Below are positions 49,900 to 59,369 of a stretch of DNA of 64,000 bases, piece by piece. The DNA is from an uncultured Candidatus Actinomarina sp. (GTDB lineage Bacteria; Actinomycetota; Acidimicrobiia; Actinomarinales; Actinomarinaceae): contig CACPJC010000002.1 of NCBI GenBank assembly GCA_902634185.1, forward strand, positions 32,001-96,000, read 5' to 3'. A program made the translations under genes and the position numbers. Position 1 is the stretch's first letter. Every line of letters starts with the position of its first letter. Below the pieces are notes generated by a model that was not told the DNA's origin, searched no databases, and saw nothing but the letters and a program-made list of their open reading frames with translations.

Positions 49900-51257
49900 T
49901 AATCTTGTTGTCTTGAATAATTAGAAAACTGTGTATATTCCTTACTAAAGTAAAGATCTACTTTTCCTGTTGATCCAGATCTATGCTTTACAATATTAAC
50001 TTCGGCAACACCTGGGGTTTCTGTAGCTGGATTGTAATAATCATCTCTATAAAGCATCATCACAATATCAGCATCTTGTTCAATAGCTCCTGATTCTCGA
50101 AGATCACCTAATCGTGGTCTTTTATCTTCTCTTGCTTCCGCTGCACGATTTAACTGTGATAGAGCAATGATTGGAACTTTTAACTCACGGGCTAGATTCT
50201 TTAAGTTTCTACTTATTTCCGCGATTTCTTGCTGTCTATTGTCTCCAGACATACCCTGCATTAATTGAAGATAGTCTACAACAATAAGATCAAGACCTTT
50301 TGAGGATTTAAGCCTTCTAGATTTTGCTCTAATGTCTGTCACTGTGATTACAGAAGCATCATCAAAATATAGAGGCATATTGTTTACTTTTGAAGCTGCT
50401 TCAACAACACGGGACCACTTTTCAGGACCAAGTTGACCTTTTCTTGCATCTCCTGAGGTAACCTTTGCTTCAGAAAATAATACTCTTTGAACTAATTCTT
50501 CTTTTGTCATTTCAAGTGAGAAGAAAGCTGTGACTTTGTCTTCTTTTGAAACATTTGTCGCAATGTTTAATGCAAGCGATGATTTACCCATACTTGGTCT
50601 TGCAGCGATTACAACAAGGTTTCCTTCTTGAAGCCCAGCAAGTACTGAGTCAAGATCTGCAAAATTTGTTGCTAAACCTGAAAGACCAGTACCCCTATTT
50701 TCAATTTCTTCAATTCTCTCAATTGCATCATTTAATACATCTGAGACCCCAATAAGTCCATCTCCAATAGCATCATCTGAGGCGGTAAATATTGACTGCT
50801 CAGCCTCATCCATAACATTTGATATATCCTTATCAAGGGCATAAGCTAAAAGCTCTATCCTTCCACTAGCTTTGAGTAGTTTTCTTCTGTTTGAATGTTC
50901 GAGAACAATTTCAATATATCTCTCAAAGTTTGCTGAACTAGGTACATTTTCTATCAATCTTGCAATAGATGAAGTTTTTAAACTTGTAGTATTTTTATTA
51001 TCTTTAAAAACAGTCTCTGAAACAGTAACGCTATCAATTGGTTTTCCTGAATCAAACAAGTCTTTCATTGCCTCAAAAATTGTTTGATTTGTAGGACTAT
51101 AAAAATCTGATGATTTAACTGATTCCATTAATCTATTTGCAGCATCTCGAGATAAAAGTGCACTTCCCAGTAGTGCCTCTTCAGCCTCAATACTATTTGG
51201 AGGTGCTTTTTGAAGGCCGTCTAAATCTCTATTTGATACTGCTTCCGGTCCAGCCAT
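49899..51257 (-). CDS. dnaB: Replicative DNA helicase
   Basis: AARPSMGKS, FFSLEM, IVVDYLQLM, LSQLNR, DLRESGAIEQDAD. Confidence 0.98.
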   Translation of the reverse strand: MAGPEAVSNRDLDGLQKAPPNSIEAEEALLGSALLSRDAANRLMESVKSSDFYSPTNQTIFEAMKDLFDSGKPIDSVTVSETVFKDNKNTTSLKTSSIARLIENVPSSANFERYIEIVLEHSNRRKLLKASGRIELLAYALDKDISNVMDEAEQSIFTASDDAIGDGLIGVSDVLNDAIERIEEIENRGTGLSGLATNFADLDSVLAGLQEGNLVVIAARPSMGKSSLALNIATNVSKEDKVTAFFSLEMTKEELVQRVLFSEAKVTSGDARKGQLGPEKWSRVVEAASKVNNMPLYFDDASVITVTDIRAKSRRLKSSKGLDLIVVDYLQLMQGMSGDNRQQEIAEISRNLKNLARELKVPIIALSQLNRAAEAREDKRPRLGDLRESGAIEQDADIVMMLYRDDYYNPATETPGVAEVNIVKHRSGSTGKVDLYFSKEYTQFSNYSRQQD

Positions 51258-51259
51258 AT

Positions 51260-51706
51260 TTATGTCTCCGGAACAATTTCTAGAGTTACTTCAAATGAAA
51301 CATCCCCACTTAGATTGATAGCAATGTTGTGTAAACCTATTTCTTTAATTGAGTTTTCAGCTATTTGATCTTCTTCAATTTTATACCCCGAAAATTTTTC
51401 GATTGCTTCGATTATTGAATCATTTGAAATTGCAGCATAAAGTGTGCCTTCGTCTGTTGAATTTGCAGCAATTACAATTTTTGCATCGGCAAGGCCTTCC
51501 TTGATAGAATTTGCTAACTCAATATTTTCTTCAATAGAGGCTTGTCTCTTTTCTTGCATTTTTTCTGCAAGCAAAATATTTTTTGGAGTAGCTTTTATAC
51601 CTAAGTTCTTAGGAAGTAGATAATTTCTTGCATAACCTTTAGCAACCTCGACAACGTCTCCTTTTTTACCAAGTTTCTTGATATCTTGATTTAAAATTAC
51701 TTTCAT
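51260..51706 (-). CDS. rplI: 50S ribosomal protein L9
   Basis: MKVIL..LGKKGDVVEVAKGYARNYLLP. Confidence 0.98.
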   Translation of the reverse strand: MKVILNQDIKKLGKKGDVVEVAKGYARNYLLPKNLGIKATPKNILLAEKMQEKRQASIEENIELANSIKEGLADAKIVIAANSTDEGTLYAAISNDSIIEAIEKFSGYKIEEDQIAENSIKEIGLHNIAINLSGDVSFEVTLEIVPET

Positions 51707-51987
51707 CTTCTGTTGTAGGATTGTTTATAAGAACTTGTTGTTACATAAGGCAAAAGAGCTAACTCTCTTCCAATTTTTACAAGTCTGGCAATTTTTGCTT
51801 GTTCTTGTTTAGTTATCCCTGTAATTAAGCTGGATCTGATTTTTCCTCTATCAGATAAAAATTTTTCTAAAAGTTTTACATCTTTATATGTTGCATTTTC
51901 TATCTGCTCTTTTGTAATTCTCCTTTGTTTTGGAGCTTCATATTTTGATAACTTTGGCTTACTTGGTCTGTTGTTTGATTTACCCAT
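51703..51987 (-). CDS. rpsR: 30S ribosomal protein S18 (Cys-free form)
   Basis: YKDVKLLEKFLSDRGKI..TG..Q..A..K..RELALLPY; operon context. Confidence 0.95.
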   Translation of the reverse strand: MGKSNNRPSKPKLSKYEAPKQRRITKEQIENATYKDVKLLEKFLSDRGKIRSSLITGITKQEQAKIARLVKIGRELALLPYVTTSSYKQSYNRR

Positions 51988-51995
51988 GATATACC

Positions 51996-52421
51996 TTAAA
52001 ACGGGGCTTCGTTCTCTTCGAAATCATCTCTTGCTTTAGGTGCTTCTGATACGCTCCCTCCACCTGATGTTCTCTCAACATTTGCTCTTGCCCATCTCAA
52101 ACTAGGTGCAATTTCATCGATGGCTATATCGACTACTGATCTGTTCTGTCCGTCTTGTGTCTCCCAAGATCTGTAATTTAATCTACCAACAACGATTACT
52201 CTCATTCCTTTTTGTAATGTTGAAGATGCATTTTCTGCCATATCGTTCCAAACTGTTCCCTGGAAGAACATTGGCTCACCTTCGTCCCAAGATCCGTCAT
52301 TGTTTCTTTTTCTTTTGTTTTGTGCAATTCTTATCTCAGCTAATGTTGCACCAGAGTCTGTGACTCTTACTTCTGGATCAGCTGTTAAATTTCCAATTAT
52401 TGTTACTGTGTTATCTACCAT
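51996..52421 (-). CDS. ssb: Single-stranded DNA-binding protein
   Basis: IIGNLTADPE, KGMRVIVVGRL, C-terminal EAPF. Confidence 0.97.
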   Translation of the reverse strand: MVDNTVTIIGNLTADPEVRVTDSGATLAEIRIAQNKRKRNNDGSWDEGEPMFFQGTVWNDMAENASSTLQKGMRVIVVGRLNYRSWETQDGQNRSVVDIAIDEIAPSLRWARANVERTSGGGSVSEAPKARDDFEENEAPF

Positions 52422-52431
52422 TTCTCTACCT

Positions 52432-52719
52432 CTAGCTTTCCATCTTTAACACTTTGTGTCTAATAACATCATCAGATATTTTTAGCACTCTATCTAACTC
52501 TCCAGGAATATTTCCAGGACCTTCAAATGAAGTAATTGTATAAATACCTTCATTGAAAGTATCAATTTGATAAGCAAGTTTTCTTTTTTGCCAAACTCCT
52601 TGATCTGATACGTTACCACCATTAGTGGTAATTAAATCAGTTATAGTTTTGTGTAGTTCTTCAACAACGCTGTCTTCAGCGGTCGGTCTCACAATTGAGA
52701 CTAAATCATATTTACTCAT
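52432..52719 (-). CDS. rpsF: 30S ribosomal protein S6
   Basis: YD..IVRP, W.KRKLAYQI, EGIY, VIRH. Confidence 0.97.
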   Translation of the reverse strand: MSKYDLVSIVRPTAEDSVVEELHKTITDLITTNGGNVSDQGVWQKRKLAYQIDTFNEGIYTITSFEGPGNIPGELDRVLKISDDVIRHKVLKMES

Positions 52720-52768
52720 ATATCTCCTATGGACACTTGTACGTGGCTTCTTACGAAGCAGGTACTTA
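52720..52768 (-). promoter_or_regulatory. Probable S6:S18 autoregulatory leader RNA
   Basis: GTAC-CT-GCTTC-GTAA-GAAGC-CAC-GTAC hairpin with GNRA loop and CCA at the internal loop, upstream of SD AGGAG of rpsF. Confidence 0.6.
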
Positions 52769-52790
52769 TTAATTTAATACTAGATATGGG

Positions 52791-53654
52791 TTATGACAGA
52801 ATTTTTTTAACTTCTTTTTTCCACTCTTCAAGGTTTTCTAGTAAAGAATCACCCGAATCATAGGAGTGATCATCAGTAGGAAACTCTTTATTTTCAATGT
52901 CTTTTTTGAAATTTTTCATCGTATCAACAACCCTGTCATATTGGTTGTCATACCTTTTCACAAATTTTGCATCTATATACTCTTTAGATTTCATACCAAG
53001 AAGATCATGATAAACAAGTACTTGTCCGTCTACATGTACCCCAGCTCCAATTCCAATTGTAGGAATAGAAACTTGTTCGGTTATAGTTTGAGCAACTATC
53101 TTTGGAACTCCCTCTAAGACAAAAGAAAAGCATCCCAAAGAATCTAGGAGGATTGCGTCTTCTAATAATTCTTTTGCAAGTTCTAAAGTTTTTCCTTGAA
53201 TTTTATAACCACCCATTACATTTTTAGATTGTGGAGTTAATCCAAGATGACCCATTACAGGAATTTCAGCATTAATTAATGCTTTAATCATATTTTCTCT
53301 TTTTTTCCCACCCTCAATTTTTACGGCATCTGCCTTTCCCTCTTGGATGAATCTTGCTGCGTTCTTAATTGTCTCTTCTTCAGAAACGTGATAACTCATA
53401 TAAGGCATATCTGCTACAACAAGGGAGTTTGGATTTGCTCTGGTAACAGCTTTAACATGATGGAGCATTTCATCAACGGTAACTGAGAGAGTGTCATCAT
53501 AGCCTAAAACTACCTGGGCAAGTGAGTCTCCTACGAGAATAATATCTATTTCTGCATCAGATATTGCTTTTGAAGAAGGATAATCATAAGCAGTCATCAT
53601 GGATATGACACGATTATTCTTTAACCCAATTATTTTAGGTACTGTTATTTTCAT
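52791..53654 (-). CDS. panB: 3-methyl-2-oxobutanoate hydroxymethyltransferase
   Basis: TAYD, LVGDSLA, ADMPYMSY, VKIEGG, GHLGLTPQ, IGIGAG..DGQVLV. Confidence 0.97.
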   Translation of the reverse strand: MKITVPKIIGLKNNRVISMMTAYDYPSSKAISDAEIDIILVGDSLAQVVLGYDDTLSVTVDEMLHHVKAVTRANPNSLVVADMPYMSYHVSEEETIKNAARFIQEGKADAVKIEGGKKRENMIKALINAEIPVMGHLGLTPQSKNVMGGYKIQGKTLELAKELLEDAILLDSLGCFSFVLEGVPKIVAQTITEQVSIPTIGIGAGVHVDGQVLVYHDLLGMKSKEYIDAKFVKRYDNQYDRVVDTMKNFKKDIENKEFPTDDHSYDSGDSLLENLEEWKKEVKKILS

Positions 53655-53805
53655 ATTTCTCTCCGCCTTTTGGTCGAAGGATTAATTTAATAATATACAA
53701 TTATTGTTTATATACAAGGCAGTTTTCAATTAACAAAAAATTCACAATTTTATCAACATACTTAGTGCCATATTTATAGTATGAGTAAAAGAAAGGAAAG
53801 TTAGT

Positions 53806-54120
53806 ATGAGTGTCACAAATTTTGCTATATACACTGTGGCAGTAGGAAGAATCGCTGAAGCAGAGGCTTGGATGGCCGAAATGGGTTCTTTATTTAACGA
53901 AATCACAGGTAAAAAAGTAAAAATACTTAAAGAGGGCTGGGGAGATGCATACAAAATGATTTTCATCACAGAGTATGAAAACATTGGTGAAACTGAAGTT
54001 GTTGGAGAAAAAGTATTTTCTGATAAAAGAGTTGCTGATGGTCTGGAAAAAGGAATGAAAGAAACTCAGTTATTTACAAATGTAGAGAATAAATTTTATA
54101 CGACAATTATGGAAAGTTAA
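53806..54120 (+). CDS. Hypothetical dimeric alpha/beta-barrel (NIPSNAP-like) protein
   Basis: Pattern Y.V..GR..EA...FITEYENI; strong SD GAAAGGA. Confidence 0.55.
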   Translation: MSVTNFAIYTVAVGRIAEAEAWMAEMGSLFNEITGKKVKILKEGWGDAYKMIFITEYENIGETEVVGEKVFSDKRVADGLEKGMKETQLFTNVENKFYTTIMES

Positions 54121-54136
54121 AAAAAGAAAGGAAAAA

Positions 54137-54772
54137 ATGTATTTTAGAATAACAATTCCCGCTTTACAGGACGGAAAAAAAGACGAAGCTATTACTTTTG
54201 TAAAAGACAAAGTAATGCCTGAATTTGATGGTACGCCCGGATTAATTTCAATGACGGCCGCAATAACTGGTGAGACATCTGGAATAAATATGTCAGCTTA
54301 TGAAAGCAAAGAAGCTAGTGATGCAGTTACCGAAAAAGTTCAAGCAACTCTAGCTGAAGCTGCTTCTTTCATGGCGGCACCACCAGTTATTTATGAAGGT
54401 GAAGCTGTTTTTGGAAAAGTGTATCAAAACATCAGCAAAGATGAGAAAAAGCCAGGTTATATGAGGCTTGTAGTTGGTGTTGCCAAAGAGACAGATGCTG
54501 TCTTAAATTTCTTAAAAGAAAAAGTGGAACCTATATATGAAGATTCAGACGGACTTCAAATAACTGGTGCATTATTTGATGGTAATAGTGCGATCAGTTG
54601 GAATATATGGGATACACAAGAAGCTATGGACAGTGCTGTAGAAAAATTACAAGGGGCACTTGATAGTGAGTCAGAAAGTGATTTATTTGATGGTAGTACG
54701 GTTGCCTACATGGGTCCTGTATACGCCGGTAAATTATTTGTTGATTTCAAAGAAGGTGAAACACCAAATTAA
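54137..54772 (+). CDS. Tandem-duplicated ABM-like alpha/beta-barrel protein
   Basis: Internal repeat: YFR/YMR, FVKDKVMP/FLKEKVEP, YESKEASD/WDTQEAMD, EKVQ/EKLQ. Confidence 0.65.
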   Translation: MYFRITIPALQDGKKDEAITFVKDKVMPEFDGTPGLISMTAAITGETSGINMSAYESKEASDAVTEKVQATLAEAASFMAAPPVIYEGEAVFGKVYQNISKDEKKPGYMRLVVGVAKETDAVLNFLKEKVEPIYEDSDGLQITGALFDGNSAISWNIWDTQEAMDSAVEKLQGALDSESESDLFDGSTVAYMGPVYAGKLFVDFKEGETPN

Positions 54773-54795
54773 TATTGTTTAATCAGTGTTTAATT

Positions 54796-54824
54796 AAAAA
54801 GAGCCCAGCATGGGCTCTTTTTTT
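54796..54824 (+). terminator. Intrinsic (potentially bidirectional) terminator
   Basis: AAAAA-GAGCCCA-GCA-TGGGCTC-TTTTTTT. Confidence 0.92.
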
Positions 54825-54866
54825 GTAAAATTAAGTAAGTAAATATTTAATATATAGGAGGAAATT

Positions 54867-55484
54867 TTGTTAACAGCAAAAGAAGCTCAACTTGGAACTC
54901 TAATGGCAAGGATCGCTGCATTAGGAACTATTGTTATCTTTGCAGTCCAGGCATTGCTTATTGGACCTGATGAAGTTGGTTACAGCGAACAATATGGTGC
55001 AATTGTTGATATAGTTTCATTTATTCAAAGTTTTGGAATTTTATTTACAATATCATTAACTCAAAAATTATTTGGAGATAATAACCCGTATTTTAGAATT
55101 GTAAGTGCAATTTTATTTGTAGCAGCAGTAATTCAATTAACTGGATCATTATCTTCAACAGGTAATGCCAACAGTGTTTTTGAAAGTGTTTTATCTACAG
55201 ATCAAGTTAATTCTGTAGCTAATGTTGGACAACTTGTTACATTTATACTTTTTGGAATATGGGCGTTATGTCTAATAAGTGCAGATGAAAATAATCTTGT
55301 TCCCTCATGGGGCAGAATTTCTGGTCAAGGTGCTGCATATTTAGTTATTGCGGTACAGATTGGTAGTTTATTTGGTTTAATACCTTTAAGTGCTTTTGTA
55401 CCAGTCTTTATTCTTGGTGGAGTAATATTGTTTCCAGTATTTGTATTCGGAATAAGTGTCGCTTTTAGTTCATCTGGTAATTAA
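54867..55484 (+). CDS. Hypothetical ~6-TM membrane protein
   Basis: SD AGGAGG, TTG start, hydrophobic helices. Confidence 0.75.
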   Translation: MLTAKEAQLGTLMARIAALGTIVIFAVQALLIGPDEVGYSEQYGAIVDIVSFIQSFGILFTISLTQKLFGDNNPYFRIVSAILFVAAVIQLTGSLSSTGNANSVFESVLSTDQVNSVANVGQLVTFILFGIWALCLISADENNLVPSWGRISGQGAAYLVIAVQIGSLFGLIPLSAFVPVFILGGVILFPVFVFGISVAFSSSGN

Positions 55485-55514
55485 CAAGTAAGAAAAGACC
55501 GGTTCAAAGGTTTT

Positions 55515-55556
55515 AAGTATAGGAATTTAATTGTAAATATTTAAATTCCTATGCTT
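55515..55556. repeat. 16-bp inverted repeat upstream of msrA
   Basis: AAGTATAGGAATTTAA-10nt-TTAAATTCCTATGCTT, one G.T wobble. Confidence 0.75.
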
Positions 55557-55563
55557 GCGTGTT

Positions 55564-56163
55564 ATGAAAAATTTAAAATTTGTTTTTCTACTAATATTGT
55601 TTTCATGCATAAGTTTAGAAACATCAAATATGTCTCAAGATACTGAAAAAGCTTACTTTGCTGGTGGATGTTTTTGGTGTATGGAACCACCATTTGAAGC
55701 TCTGGATGGTGTACTTGAAGCAACCTCAGGATATATGGGTGGAGAAACTGAAAATCCAACTTATGAACAGGTGAGTATGGGTAATACTGGTCATGCTGAA
55801 GTGGTTGAAATAGAGTACGACCCAAATATTATTACATACAGTGAGCTCTTAGAGGTTTTTTGGCGAAACATAGATCCTACTGCGTTGAATTATCAATTTG
55901 CAGATGTTGGATCACAATATAGAACCGAAATATTTACAGTTGGACCTAATCAAATGGAAGAAGCACTTAATTCTAAAGATGAGTTAGAAAAGTCAAACAA
56001 ATTTGATAAGCCTATTGTTACTGCAATTACAGAGGCACCTGTGTTTTATATTGCAGAGGAATATCATCAAGACTTCTATAAGAAACAAAGTGCTCGTTAT
56101 AAAATATATGCAGAAGCAAGTGGGAGAAAAGGCTTCTTAGAAGATACATGGGGAGACGAGTAA
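55564..56163 (+). CDS. msrA: Peptide methionine sulfoxide reductase A with signal/lipoprotein-like N-terminus
   Basis: FAGGCFWCME, SGYMGG, PTYEQV, GHAE, GSQYR, AEEYHQDFY. Confidence 0.95.
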   Translation: MKNLKFVFLLILFSCISLETSNMSQDTEKAYFAGGCFWCMEPPFEALDGVLEATSGYMGGETENPTYEQVSMGNTGHAEVVEIEYDPNIITYSELLEVFWRNIDPTALNYQFADVGSQYRTEIFTVGPNQMEEALNSKDELEKSNKFDKPIVTAITEAPVFYIAEEYHQDFYKKQSARYKIYAEASGRKGFLEDTWGDE

Positions 56164-56170
56164 CTTATCG

Positions 56171-57046
56171 ATGAACAAAAAGATATGTGTCATTGGAAGT
56201 TCAAATATAGATCAATTTTCTTACATCTCTGAATTCCCTTCAAGTGGAGAAACCTTGATAGGTGATTCATTTGAAACTGGATTTGGTGGTAAAGGGGCAA
56301 ATCAAGCAGTGATGGCTGGACTATTAGGTGCTGATGTCTACATGATTTCTTGCTTGGGAAATGATATTTTTGGGGATTCAACAATCAACAATTTTATTGA
56401 GAACAATGTAAATGTTGATCATATTCAAAGAGTAAAAGTATCAAGTGGTGTTGCTCCAATATGGGTAAATGCTAAGGGTGAAAATAAAATCATTGTAATT
56501 CCTGGGGCAAACAATGAAATTGATTCAAATAAAGCAAAAGCCTCTCTTCAAGAAATAGAAAATGTATCTTATCTTGTCGGACAAGCTGAAATCCCAATGG
56601 ATGTGAATCATGAAGTATTTGATTATGCAAAACAAAATAATATAACTACAGTTTTTAATCCCGCTCCTGGAAAGATTTTAAAGAGTACCTTTCTTAAAAA
56701 AATTGACTGGCTTATTCCAAATGAAAATGAATTTCAAATAATTAGTGGATTAGATGTGACAGATGAAAATATATTGGAATTCTCAAAATCAATTCCATGT
56801 AATCTACTTGTCACATACGGAGAACAAGGTGTTTTATATGTTGAAGATGATGAAATTATAAAATTTAAAGCACCAAAAGTCGACGCCGTTGATACCACAG
56901 GTGCGGGAGATGCTTTTGTTGGTTCTTTTGTATATGCACTATCGAAAGATTTAAAAGTTAAAGACGCTATAAATTTGGCAATTGATAAAGCTAGTTTGTC
57001 TGTTACAAAAAGAGGAACTCAATCCTCATATTCTTCATCTGAATAG
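56171..57046 (+). CDS. rbsK: Ribokinase
   Basis: GSSNID, GGKGANQAV, NPAP, PNENE, DTTGAGDAF. Confidence 0.92.
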   Translation: MNKKICVIGSSNIDQFSYISEFPSSGETLIGDSFETGFGGKGANQAVMAGLLGADVYMISCLGNDIFGDSTINNFIENNVNVDHIQRVKVSSGVAPIWVNAKGENKIIVIPGANNEIDSNKAKASLQEIENVSYLVGQAEIPMDVNHEVFDYAKQNNITTVFNPAPGKILKSTFLKKIDWLIPNENEFQIISGLDVTDENILEFSKSIPCNLLVTYGEQGVLYVEDDEIIKFKAPKVDAVDTTGAGDAFVGSFVYALSKDLKVKDAINLAIDKASLSVTKRGTQSSYSSSE

Positions 57047-57243
57047 CTTTTATTGAACATCCAAAAGACTGTATAAATTAACGCAACTACAAATAAATAT
57101 ATATTAAAGTTTTCAATTTCATTTATTTCTAAACCAAAAACACCATCAACTAGGGCAACTGCAATTCTTAATACAATCCCACAACCAATTAGTCTGCCAA
57201 AACTAAATTTTTTTAAAAATGCGATTAGATTTCCAGAATCCAT
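57019..57243 (-). CDS. Small two-TM membrane protein
   Basis: 74 aa; TATAAT-6nt-ATG. Confidence 0.6.
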   Translation of the reverse strand: MDSGNLIAFLKKFSFGRLIGCGIVLRIAVALVDGVFGLEINEIENFNIYLFVVALIYTVFWMFNKSYSDEEYED

Positions 57244-57250
57244 AATTAAA

Positions 57251-58015
57251 TTATATCTTCAAACTTGATTCAAGAATGATCTTTGTTGCTTTGTTTACTG
57301 AATCTAAATAATCTTCTTTTGAAAGTGCTTCTTGTCTATTTTGATCACCATATACAACAAGTAAAGCCCCGGTTCTGATTCTTCTATAACTACCAACTAC
57401 AAACAAAGTTGATACTTCCATTTCTGAACATAAAACACCACCTTTAACCCAAGCATCCCATTTTTGATTTAATTCATAGGAAACAGGCATAGAGTCAGGG
57501 TCATGTTGTCCGTAAAATGAATCTTTTGATTGAACTACCCCAATATGATACGTTGATTTACTTTCAATTGCGGCAGCTTCTAGTGCTGAAACCATATCAG
57601 CTGATGGAACAGCAGGGAATTCTATAGGCATATATTGAGGTGATGTTCCTTCTTGACGTACAGCTCCATTTGCAATTACCAAATCACCAACTCTTGTATG
57701 TTCTTGCATTGCACCTGAGGTTCCTAATCGAACTAAAGTTTTTGCTCCAATATTTGCTAATTCTTCTATTGCTATTGCAGCAGAGGGACATCCAATTCCA
57801 GTCGAGGTTACGCTCACTGGTCGTCCTTTATAAGTTCCAGTAACTGTTTTATACTCTCGATTAAAAGCTATTTCTTTTGCATCATCAAAGTGTTTTGCAA
57901 TAAAATCTACTCTTCCTGGATCACCTGGAAGGATAACAAAATCAGCTATATCACCTTCTTTTAATTGAATATGGTATTGCCTTTCACCATCTAGCATTGA
58001 TTTTTTTTCTGTCAT
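57251..58015 (-). CDS. udp: Uridine phosphorylase
   Basis: YHI, LPGDPGRV, NREY, STGIGCPSAAIA, RLGTSG, DSFYGQ, SEME. Confidence 0.93.
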   Translation of the reverse strand: MTEKKSMLDGERQYHIQLKEGDIADFVILPGDPGRVDFIAKHFDDAKEIAFNREYKTVTGTYKGRPVSVTSTGIGCPSAAIAIEELANIGAKTLVRLGTSGAMQEHTRVGDLVIANGAVRQEGTSPQYMPIEFPAVPSADMVSALEAAAIESKSTYHIGVVQSKDSFYGQHDPDSMPVSYELNQKWDAWVKGGVLCSEMEVSTLFVVGSYRRIRTGALLVVYGDQNRQEALSKEDYLDSVNKATKIILESSLKI

Positions 58016-58106
58016 AAGTTTGATGATATCAACGTATTTCAAACTGGTCACTAAGAATTTTTTATAAATATATAGAAAATATTGCTAAAACTGATAATTT
58101 AGTGAT

Positions 58107-59309
58107 ATGAACATTCCAGAAATAACCTTTCCAAATGAAGATAAAGACTTTATAAAAAACCCCTATCCATATTTAAAAGAGTTAAGAAATAGTTCTCCCA
58201 TTCATTATGACAAACTGTCCGGGTTGAATTTAATTACACATTTTGAAGACGTTAAAGAAATACAAAAAAGCAAGAATTTTTCATCTTCAGAACCGGAGGA
58301 TTACGTGAAAGACTCAGGTGAAAAATTGATTAACCCAAAAGATTACGATTATTTTTGGAAAACAGAAGAGTTTAATTTATTGAATCTTGAGGGAAAAATC
58401 CATGATGAGCTTAGAGGGTTAGTTGCTAAAGCATTTTTGAATAGACAAGTACAAGAGTTGAGACCTTTTATGGAAACAAAATCAAATGAACTTCTTAATA
58501 AAATTAATCATGAAAAATTCGATCTTCTTGCAGATTATGCTCAACCTTATTCAATAGCAGTGATTGGAGAGCTACTTGGGGTACCAGAAGAGGATTATGA
58601 AAAATTTCTTTACTGGTCACATGCAATTGTAAAAATGTATGACTTGAAAGTCTCTAATGAAAATGCAAATGAAGCCGAAGCTGCAGCAAAAGATTTCTAT
58701 ATTTATATGAGTGATTTAATTGATGAGAAAAACAACAATCCGCAAAATGACATGATATCTAGATTGTCACAAGTTTCTGAAAACAACCAACAACTAACAA
58801 AAGATCAAATAATTTGCACAGTAATACTACTTTTAAATGCTGGTCATGAAGCAACAGTTAATACAATTGGAAATTCAATAGTTGCATTGTTGTTGAATAA
58901 CGTCTCAACAAAAAATTTGGATAAAAAACATGACATTAAAAACATCATCGAAGAGTTAATTCGTTGGGATAGTCCTCTTCAGTTTTTTCAAAGATGGGTT
59001 TTAGAAGAAACTGTTGTTTCAGGTATAAATCTTTCAAAGAATTCAAAAATTGCCATTCTTCTTGGATCAGCAAATAGAGATGAAACAGCATTTGAAAATC
59101 CAGAAAAAATAGATTTTGAAAGAAGTAATTTAAGTCATACGAGTTTCGGAGGTGGTGTTCATTTTTGTTTAGGAGCTCATCTTGCAAGATTAGAATTAGA
59201 AGTCTCATTTCAAAATTTATTTAAACACGAAGTTGCTTTGGTTGAAGAACCTGAAAGAACTGGCGCATTTGGTATTAGAGGGTTTAAAGAAATTAAAGTA
59301 TCGATTTAA
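58107..59309 (+). CDS. Cytochrome P450
   Basis: LLNAGHEAT I-helix, EELIR, FGGGVHFCLGAHLARLE. Confidence 0.96.
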   Translation: MNIPEITFPNEDKDFIKNPYPYLKELRNSSPIHYDKLSGLNLITHFEDVKEIQKSKNFSSSEPEDYVKDSGEKLINPKDYDYFWKTEEFNLLNLEGKIHDELRGLVAKAFLNRQVQELRPFMETKSNELLNKINHEKFDLLADYAQPYSIAVIGELLGVPEEDYEKFLYWSHAIVKMYDLKVSNENANEAEAAAKDFYIYMSDLIDEKNNNPQNDMISRLSQVSENNQQLTKDQIICTVILLLNAGHEATVNTIGNSIVALLLNNVSTKNLDKKHDIKNIIEELIRWDSPLQFFQRWVLEETVVSGINLSKNSKIAILLGSANRDETAFENPEKIDFERSNLSHTSFGGGVHFCLGAHLARLELEVSFQNLFKHEVALVEEPERTGAFGIRGFKEIKVSI

Positions 59310-59369
59310 TTCTTCGTAAAAGAGATATTTGTTGGTGCATATCAATACAAACCGATATACAATTCTCAC

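Noticed and set aside
49899-51257. Intein in dnaB
   Set aside because: 452 aa with contiguous motifs; no insertion.
53655-53690. Small CCTT-n7-AAGG hairpin upstream of panB as a pan-motif RNA
   Set aside because: Only a 4-bp stem; cannot be supported without a covariance-model search.
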